Positions 54,690 through 64,000 of a stretch of 64,000 bases of DNA are shown in pieces (the stretch's first letter is position 1; each line of letters starts with the position of its first letter). The stretch lies in assembly GCA_951406725.2 (NCBI GenBank), contig OX597814.1:86986001-87050000 (forward strand). The letters run 5' to 3'. Made by a program: the position numbers and the translations under genes. The notes under the pieces are model-generated. The model was not told the DNA's origin. It did not search any database and saw only the letters and a list, made by a program, of their open reading frames with translations. The DNA comes from Octopus vulgaris (lineage: Eukaryota).

Positions 54690-55070
54690 GCAAAGAAGAG
54701 TTCCAGGCAGGGGAAAATAATCAGGGATTTCTTCTGGTATAAGGGAGATAATTGCTTTATATATATTTTTATTTTTTCCATGGGATGAGTTTCTTTGTAT
54801 AAGAATATTAGGATGGTTAAGTTTAGGTTTATATTTTTCAATGAAGAATGTTTCCTTGTTTAATCTAATTTGTGTTGGTGTTCCAATAGCATATTGATAG
54901 AATGGAAAGATTAAAAATTGTGGTAGTAGTTGCTTTGTGCATTTCTCAATATGCTCACTAAAGGGTATCATTCTGTATTCTGGGAATGCAATCTGTTGTC
55001 AATGCAGAGTGCATCTGCATCTGAGTGATAATCCCGTGGACTCTACGTAGTTTTGGTGGCAGCCCAAGCA
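54690..55070 (-). mobile_element. Penelope-like GIY-YIG endonuclease 3' end
   Basis: CLGCHQNYVESTG...QQIAFPEYRMIPFSEHIEKC...FLIFPFY...RLNKETFFIEKYKPKLN. Confidence 0.8.
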
Positions 55071-55950
55071 AACACTAGAATAAGAAACACACCACACACC
55101 AGTCACTACTACCCCATGACCCAGAATTACTGGTCCCCACCGAACACAAGACAAACACAGAGTAACACTAAGTCAAGCAACATCCCACATACAAGAAATT
55201 CGAAACAAAAGTATATCACATACAGAAATTTTACACACATCACTTACCAAAACATCCATAGATACCCACACACACATAACAATCTGAGGCAACAATACCA
55301 CCGTTCCCCCAGAGCAATCTCACACAATCTCACAGACAACTCATACAAACAAAATTGCACCCAACATTTTTTAGCCCCAGACCTGAGACGCCAGGACACA
55401 GGCTGGAACCTAGTAATAAGGAAAATGAAGATAATCAACCTTTCAACTAAACCTCTTTCTAACATAAAAATAGACATCCTCTCAAAAGGGCTAAAATTCA
55501 CACCAACTCCATGCAGAGCCAACCAAATTGAAGCCAAGGACAATATAACAGAATTCTGCAGAAAATTAAGACTAGCAGAAGCATCAACCAGTTTCAATAC
55601 TGAAGATGACTCACTAGTCAAAAACAAAAGTGAACACATCCCCCACAGAGGAAGAAATAAAGATCTTGACGAGTTCTTCAACCACATTGAGAACTTCCCC
55701 CACCATACTATACATAAACAGACAGTTAACTCAAATTTTAGCACTGCACAATGGAAGGAACTGATAGAACTTCAAAATGATGAAGATATAACCATCAAGG
55801 AAGCAGACAAAGGAAGTGCAGTTGTAATAATGGACACATGATACCATAGAAATCTAGTAATTTCCTTGCTTGATGACAATCAACATTATGAAAAAATCAC
55901 CAACTACACCCCGCAAAAATAATGAAAACTCTGTCCTCCTAAAGCTCTAT
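55071..55950 (+). mobile_element. Penelope-like ORF, N-terminal part
   Basis: IINLS..LSKGLKFTPTP...FCRKLRL...ITIKEADKGSAVVIMD (PLE DKG motif); stop at 55839-55841. Confidence 0.85.
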
Positions 55951-57429
55951 GGAAACACAATGGGAACTACTGCCTAAAATTATCCCTTCTGAAAAAAACT
56001 TCTGAGAACGACTATATTCACCTACCCATCACTGGATGAAATAACATGGATCTTATAATATATTATGGGAAGTCTGTACTTTATTTCCCCTTGCCATGCC
56101 CACATCATTGTACTATGATGTACTTCACTTGTATTCTCGTGTTTGCTCTTACTCTTATTCAACTCTACTCTATTTAAAAGAATAAATACACCTTATCTAT
56201 TCTTAACTGACTTTTATATGTGTTAGCCCCCTCCCCCCACCATCACTTAGACCCTCTGAAGAAGCCTTGGGGCACATCCATTATCCAAGCCTTGTCTGCT
56301 CATCCCTGCATAATACTGAAGAGATGGAGATAACCTGGAAGATTTCATTGCCTTTTGGCAGAAATGGCTGTAAGGAAGTAGCACCTGCACACCCATTCAG
56401 TTTTTTGTCAGTTTGCTCATTTGCTCAATTGCTCATTTGTTTCCATATGCTTACATGTGTAAAAATAACCACTTCCTTTCTCCAATTCAAAACTGAGTCT
56501 AAGGATTCTCGATCATCTGAACCACCACAGACCAACAAGCGTGAAAGGAATTTTCTTTTGTCCTGTCAAAAAAATGATAAATCATCTCCCTTTGACCTCC
56601 GACCTCAGCCATGTCCAGCAAAGTTCAATTGGACAGAAGCTGACTTATTTAGACACAATCTCTCCTGCAGTATGTCTATCCTTCTAGCTGCCATGGCTGT
56701 TATAAATACTGTGGTCAGCAAAGGGGCAAACAGAAAGACTCTGGACAGAAAGGCTCGGGACGAAGAGACAACTCACAAGATCGCTGAATACTTTCTCAGG
56801 TGAACAATGCACACACAGACACAAAACATATTCAGTTCTACGACATCATAACACAGATGAACCCTGTTTTTATTCCTCTCAACTCGTAGCAGTTGACGAC
56901 AAATACATGTAGTGAAAAATTGTGTATACCAATAGCAAATGCAAGTCCAGTAAATAAATTATTTAAACTATAAATCGATGTCATTCAATTATTTACTTCG
57001 AAGGTATCCACATGCCTATTGCATCTGTTTACCTCAACACATTCTGATACACCTTACACTACATATGTATTCACACCCTTGTTTGTGCAGTTGCCAGTTT
57101 TTTCTACTCGAGAATCTGTACCAACTCATACATGTGTATGTATCCAATACATTTGAATAAATAGACATACTGGAATATTTACTGGCTGATTCTGTCAAGT
57201 TTTATATCCACTCTGTTTTCTTATTTGCTGTATAAATCGGGGGTATACCACTTTTTATCCCCACCTATATATAATACTCAATTGTGAGATTGCCACACAA
57301 TAACTAGCACTTGGTTATGAATAGTTGGGTACTCTACCAGCAGCATATTGGATAGGTACTATTCCTTAGTTGGTTTCTCAACCTCTAACTCACACAGAAA
57401 TATATATAGATGTATATAAAAATATACCT

Positions 57430-57600
57430 TCTCTCCTTCTTTCTGTGTTTTTTTCTCTCTGTGTATCTTTCTGTTGAAGAGCGTAGGCTCGAAACGTTAA
57501 AGACTTGTTTTATTTATATTTCCTGAGCGCCATACTAATACAATTGTTTGTTTGTTTTCCACCTGCCTTCGTCTTTTGTCTATTTTCATAAAGCTTCCCG
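57430..57600 (+). mobile_element. PLE-like terminal fragment with hammerhead-like motif
   Basis: tcttt-ctgttga-a-gagc-gtag-gctc-gaaacgtt-aaagac. Confidence 0.6.
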
Positions 57601-57665
57601 TTATATATATATACGCAGCGCTAAGCGTGTGGCAAGCTTTCTACGGCCGGATGCCCTTCCTGACG

Positions 57666-57714
<49 letters not shown>

Positions 57715-57869
57715 TATTGTGTCTGGAGAAAGTCATTCTGTTTTAATGCCTTATTAATTAATACACTCACTTGTTCGATGTTCACTCATTTACTTTGCTT
57801 TTTTCAACCTCTTCAATAGTTGTGTGTGCATCAGTGTGCATGTGTATACACATATGCATGTATGTCTCT

Positions 57870-58690
57870 TCTATTTTTTAATTATTATAAATCTTCCACT
57901 GAGGATGGAGTCGGTTTCCAACAAAGATACAAGGCTCTATCTTTGTGATGTAGTTAACACAAACAAATTCACATTTGGAACTTAAGAAAAGTTTTGCATA
58001 TTTTTACTGTTCCACTCACAGATTGCACTTGTAGTGTATGAATCAGCCGGTCAATTTCTCTTTCCGAAAATCCCAGTTTATCCAGATTCTCCTTTAAGCA
58101 TTTATTAACAAAACCTAGTGCTCCAATTATTATTGGTATGAATATGAATTCATAGTCTGGATATAGAAACTGGAGGTTTTGAAGCAGTTGTCCATAGATA
58201 TCCTCTTTTTCTTTGATTTTCAATGAAATATTTATATCTGCAGGGCAGCTAGTCTCTATGATAGTACATACCTTTTCCCCTCTGTCCCAAACAACCATAT
58301 CCAGCCTGTTATGCTTACATTTGACAGAAGTTTTGATGGGAATATTCCACCAGTATTCCTTGTGTTGGTGTTTATGAATGTATTCCATAACAGAGTGATT
58401 TTCTAAGTTTATCTCAGGACAGTATTTTTTGTGGATGGCATTGTAAATTGTTTTCGCAACAACATTGTGCCACATAGGGAGGTAGTACTCTGACATTTTA
58501 GGACAGCTGCTAATGACAAGTGTAATGTCTTACACAGAAACATGACATAGCCTACACATGCGGTTCTACCTTGGGATTACAAGAGCGTCACTGTCTCGCT
58601 TGTTCACAGGTACTTTGTGGCAATCTCCTGTTCCTGGATTGCAAATCCATAGCCTTCAAAATGTGATGTGATGTAGTGGTCTTGTGTCAA
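57870..58690 (-). mobile_element. R4/Dong-like non-LTR element, restriction-like endonuclease end
   Basis: IQEQEIAT, CRLC knuckle remnant, HN.VAK, WWN.PI.T, NRLD(RPD)MVV...IIE.SCP, EKEDIY, PIIIGALG. Confidence 0.82.
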
Positions 58691-59292
58691 AAGGAGGCTG
58701 TGCTTTGTGTCAATTCTACAGTCTTCTTCAAGCTTCCGGGCAACATACCCATGCATAGTCTACTTTTGTATACTGAGTGCTTTCCATCTAGGTCTTTTCT
58801 GAGGTAAGAGGGCCCAGCTGTTTTGGGGCTGTATAGGAGACCATCAGGAAGAGTGTTTCTTGAGGAGAATGTATGTATGTATATGTGCATGTATGTGTAA
58901 GCATTTATATGTGTAGCCTGTGTGCATGTTGTATGTATGTATTCTGCATATTCATGTGTTTGTGTGTTCATGTTTGTGTGTTTGCGTGTGTGTTTGCATG
59001 TGTATTTGTGTGTGTGTGTGTGTGTATACCTCTTGTGTGTGTGCATGTTTGAGTGTGTTTATGTGTATAGGATTGTGTGACTGTGTTTATGTGTATAGGA
59101 TTGTGTGACTATGCACGTGTGTCTGTTATGTATGGATGTGTGTCTTCATATGTGCCCTTGTGTGTGTGTATATGGTCATGTGCTTCAGTCTTCTTTTGTG
59201 TATGTGTGTGTGTGTGCTTGTCTGTTATTACTTATGTACTTATCTATCTTCTTATATATCTGTTTACTTATCCATTTACCTACTTATATATA

Positions 59293-59520
59293 TCATCATC
59301 ATCATCATCATCGTTTAACGTCCGTTTTCCATGCTAGCATGGGTTGAACGGTTCAACTGGGGTCTGGGAAGCCAGAAGGCTGTGCCAGGCCCAGTCTGAT
59401 CTGGCAGTGTTTCTACAGCTGGATGCCCTTCCTAATGCCAACCACTCCGTGAGTGTAGTGGTTGCTTTTTACGTGCCACCTGCACAGGTGCCAGACGAGG
59501 CTGGCAAACGGCCATGATTG
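59293..59520 (-). mobile_element. Short RTE 3'-tail copy with one array unit
   Basis: (CAT)n plus sequence matching 40113-40335. Confidence 0.85.
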
Positions 59521-59529
59521 GATGATATA

Positions 59530-59750
59530 GTTAATCCAAAATTGAAAACACAAAAAGAAAACACAACAACGCGAGGACGTGGAACAAATATAGTATTATT
59601 GGATGCTCAGGAAGGAAGGGAAGAAGGAGGGTTTAACGTTTCGAGGGGAGATCTTCGTCGGAAACATAGGAGAAGGAAAGATCCAGAGAAGGGAAGACAG
59701 AGGAAAAACAAAATCGCCAATGGTACACACGCGGTCACATATGTCTACAT
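59530..59750 (-). mobile_element. PLE-like terminal fragment with hammerhead-like motif
   Basis: Minus strand gtttc-cgacga-agatctcccctc-gaaacgtt-aaac; related to 57430-57600. Confidence 0.55.
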
Positions 59751-61759
59751 AACAGTCTACTAACAAATCTACCTGTATATGTATAAACTGTGGGTACTGG
59801 GGTATCTGAGACTTGTTGTTCATCACAGTCTGCATCAACTTGTAAACCACATAACAACATAAAAAAAATCCACTCTACTTTAATGTTATACATGTCTTAA
59901 TCTGTTTGATATTAATCTGCACAAGACCAGCACTGGTTCTACTTTAAAACATTCTACCAAATTTTAACTTATATTCCAAAAATAGATTAATTAGGCAAAG
60001 TTATTTTACTAAATTTTTCATGATTTTTAAAATTAATTGAAACAAACGGAGTATATATATATCAACAGAGATATTGTAACAAAAGAGTAAAAGTATTGAC
60101 TGGGTATATTTTATTGCACCATTAGCACAAAATAAATTGTCCCATCTGGTAGAACTAAAGATTTCTCTCTACATTGAAGCTGCTTACCCAAGGTGCCACA
60201 CAGAATTATTGAACCCAGAACCATGTAGTTCGGAAGCACCATACAGCCATGCCGGCACCTCCATATAACCATTATGTTTGTTCTTCCCTAATTTAAATTG
60301 GTAGGATTTGAGGGAATTTTTTTTACTACATCTGAGCAAAGATATATGATATTGGGCCCCAGGAACTGAATACAGAATATCTGAAGAGCATTAGACAAAT
60401 AAATTGACTTTTATCAGGTGGATATGTCATAAAATTAGCAAAAGATAGAGCAAAGGAAGCAATCAGGTATTAAAAGGCCTCAAATAATATGTGCAGGAAA
60501 GGCACTCGATATGAACATGCAATCCAAATGGACAATGAATGTAGGGTGAAAAATGTAACGTGCTGTCAGTAGAGTTTATTCATGGCGGAGGAAAACAGAA
60601 GGAAGGAGTGAGGTCAGATTTTACAATATTGGGCTTCACAGCTGAGGTGATGTGTGACTGAGTTGAGTAGGACTTTGCCATACTGATAATGTGTCAGCAT
60701 AGAAAAATGAATGTTAAAATTAGTACTGCGTTACTGCTACTGTTGAATATCTGTGCTTAGGAAATCACTACATCGACATAAAGTCTTCAGTTGTTCTCCA
60801 ATGGCCCTGTAGGTGATGGAAAATTACTAACAGTCTCCTAAACACCCACCACTTCGAATTAATGAAAGAACTTCTATGTAGTTTTTTGACCTGCTACAAA
60901 TAGCAGCCAAAATCTCATCTTTGTCATAGCTTACTTTCTTAAAAAAGAAATAACACATTGGGTAGTGTAGTCCTAGGTAGACTGTAACTGAATAAAAGTT
61001 GGGATGAGCACTACTAAAACATCATTGATTATACATCTGCTTAATCAGGGCTGATCTGGAGTGAAACAAGAGCAACATGAATCATTTGACTTTTTATGTA
61101 GGAGTGGTACCTACATTCCCAGATTCAGTTGCATGACATTTTCTACGTCTAATCACTCAACTGTGAAATGAGTGACTACTTCAATGGATTGTCCACTGAA
61201 TTGTGTAGAATATTTAATAAAAGTTTGGCTAACATACAATAATAAAGAAAGCAAATAACATAACAGCACAAGCAGATTGTTTTTATTAGTGGGTCAACTA
61301 TACAGATAGATCAGAGTTAAACAATAAACTTGGAATTTTCAGAGCAATGAAAAACATGAGCTTAAGATCATATAATTTTACAGTACATGAAACGTTTTAC
61401 AGTATATAAGGCAGTGTGGTGGAGTATGATAAGATCTTTAGATTCTGCTCCAAAATTACCATACAAAACTAGCTTTCTATTTACTGATAGTTTATCAAAT
61501 CTAAGAACTATTTCAATCAAGAAAAAGAGATTAATTGAAATATTAAGAGTATCTTGTTAAAATAGAAAAATATTTTTATGAAAATAATAAACAAGTAATG
61601 ATAAATTAGAAAGTCATACATATATGATTGTATCTCTCTCTCTCTCTCTCTCTCTTCAGTGTTCAAGTAAATAGAGATGCAGAAGTTTCTGATGTTCCTA
61701 GTAATTAAGGCTTTTAACTGAAGGTATTTCCCTGGTGAATGTTCTTTGTAACCCTTCAA

Positions 61760-62990
61760 TTTCTTCTATGAGTTAGGAGACCAAAGCTGTGAACAGTAAT
61801 CTAATCTGCTCAGAACTAGGGTTTTCAACAGTGTTAGCATAATAACAAGTTCTTTTGTCACAAAGGTTCGTAGAATCCATCCTATGAGATATTTGCATTT
61901 AGAGGTCAGTTTGGAAATGTGGCTGATGAAAGATGTATTATTTGACATGATTACTCCTAAGTAATAAGTCATTAGCACTCTGAATCATTGTGTTATCTGA
62001 TATCAAATATTGTGATTTGTGTGTATTCCTTCCGTAATAAAGAACCTGAAATTTTTATGTATTAAATTTTGTATTGCTTTTATCTGCTCATTGATAAATG
62101 AGATTTAGCTCATTTTGGAGTGTGATAGTATCTTCTGGAGTTTGGATAGCCATCAGTATTTTTGTGTTATGAGTGTAACTCATTAGGTTGGCTAAGTAAC
62201 TTATGATCCTATACCTGATAGAGTGATGGTAAATAATAATGGTCCAAGAACTGTTCTCTGAGTTATACCACTTATTACAGGTGACTTAGCTGAGAGAAAG
62301 CCATTTACAGCAACAGATTGACTCCTACCATATAGAAAGTCAAAGAGCTAATCTCCAAGTTTTCCTGTGATATTAAGATCCTTTAACTTATGATAAATGA
62401 TTACATGATGAATTTTGTCAAATACCTTAGCAAAATCAAGGTATACATAGTCAGTGTCCTTTCCTCACAAAAGATTACTGAGAATAGTGTTATGGTGCTG
62501 TAATAGTTGTGAAAGGCAACTTCGTTCAGTCCACAAACCATGCTGGGTGTCATCTAAGAGGTTGTTTTCTTCAAGGCATGCAAGTATTCTTTTCCAGACA
62601 ATGTGTTCAATAACTTGTGATGTATGAGATGTGAGAGAAATAGGTCTATAGTTTTTAGCTTCAGCTCTGCTGCTTCCTTTGTGTATAGGTGTTGCTATTG
62701 AATATTAGAGTAGTTCAGGAAATATGCCGGAATCAAGCAACTTTTGAAATGTTATCTTTAATGTTTTGTGAGGCTGTTTTTGCACTTTTTCAACAGTATG
62801 GCTGGGAGACCATCTGGTTCATATGCTGAGTTTGAATCTAGGTCATTAATAGCTGAAAGTATATAATCTTCCATTTATATCATCAATTTTTAAATGTGTC
62901 TCTGTAGTTGATTTCTGGGGATCAAAGAATTTGTTTGGCTTATATACTATTTTGTAAGCTATAGGTTGAGAAAATGCACTATTAATTCTC
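61760..62990 (-). mobile_element. CR1-clade LINE RT fragment, decayed
   Basis: [54 protein letters not shown]. Confidence 0.85.
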
Positions 62991-63574
62991 CATTATCCCA
63001 ATTAGATTAAGCTACATGAAACTTGTACACATAAAATTTATCAGATACAGAACAATGTTAATAAACAAAGTTTCTGTTGGGTATGTAAAGGCCATATTTC
63101 TTTAAACTACACTCTCATGAACACATCATATGAAATCACCTTTAGATAGTCTTTATGTAACTATTTGTTCCAATCCAAAATCTATCAACCCAAGAAATGG
63201 CATTTTGAAATTGGTTTTCAAAAGTTACCAAGGTTGGAGGTACTATAAATTTTCAAAGATCCACCAACCATAAGATCTTCCAATTCATAAAGGCTTCAAA
63301 AAATTTAACAAAAGAAACATTGAATGATTCTTCATCTTCTTTCTTTGTTCTTTTCTTCTTATATATAAGGGATATGAGATACCTTTTTTTAAAATTTGAC
63401 ATGGCCTTCTAGGTTCACATGGATGCTTAAATTGATTAACAAAGTAAATGAAATAAACAATATAGTGAACCAAATTTTAATAATTTGGCATTCATCTGTA
63501 CCAATAAGTCATTAGCACCTAATTGCAGTTCTTATCAAAACGGGCAATGAAATGATATCTGAAATTCAAATTAA

Positions 63575-63797
63575 TTAACCCTTTTGATACCAACCTGCCT
63601 GAGATTGCCTTTGATATCTATGATACAAAATTTATGTTTTAACATGATTTAAATTTCCATCAATTTTTATGCTAATTTATGTACCAATCACTAATTTAAT
63701 AATGACAAAGACACTTTATGAAACTCTTCAGTATTTTCATAATTAATTGAAACAGAGATTGTGTATTTCAGCAGAAATGTAGTAACAAAAGGGTTCA
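63575..63797. mobile_element. piggyBac-like MITE
   Basis: TTAA-cccttttgatac ... gtaacaaaagggtt termini; related partial copy near 59930-60090. Confidence 0.6.
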
Positions 63798-64000
63798 AAA
63801 TTGAATGGGGATATGCAGTGTGGAGTGAGTCTGTTCTTTAGTACATATGGTGACAGCTTTGGGACATGCTTCAGTCCTATTAGATCTTGTTATCATAGCC
63901 CGTTAGACACCAAATCCCAGAATGACTCAAAAAGATGTAGATTTGAATGAAAAGTATTCAATGAGTTGGTGCTAATCTATAAAACAATGGTACTGGAAAA

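Noticed and set aside
56267-56803. 178-aa ORF
   Set aside because: Non-ATG start, no recognisable motif and no supporting exon structure.

Overview
AT-rich eukaryotic (animal) genomic DNA, dominated by decayed transposable elements and very long (CA/TA)n microsatellites. The repeat repertoire and style suggest a coleoid cephalopod such as Octopus; this is an inference, not something the window proves. One host gene is supported: a minus-strand ADF/cofilin (149 aa) with two coding exons (37318-37610 and 17598-17754) separated by a ~19.6 kb intron, preceded by a TATA-like box and Inr-like motif. Mobile elements include a complete but decayed Ty3/Gypsy LTR retrotransposon (689-4253, 5-bp TSD), a near full-length RTE-clade LINE plus many 5'-truncated copies, CR1, L1/Tx1-like and R4/Dong-like LINE fragments, Penelope-like (PLE) fragments with hammerhead-like motifs, tRNA-derived SINEs, a hAT transposase relic, a mini-Helitron and piggyBac-like MITEs. 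The most interesting observations are: (1) the Gypsy element has no tRNA primer-binding site but a 16-nt segment complementary to its own LTR, suggesting self-priming; (2) the RTE ORF2 carries a PHD finger inserted after the RT core; (3) the RTE 3' UTR holds an expandable array of hairpin-forming units with conserved stems and variable loops; (4) a TSD-flanked 1.39-kb ORF1-only retroelement sits in a multi-layer nested insertion; (5) a tRNA-headed SINE ends in a PLE-type hammerhead motif; (6) a ~415-bp near-perfect fold-back lies in the cofilin intron, with several smaller palindromes elsewhere. Coordinates were read by eye, so the ends of decayed elements are approximate.
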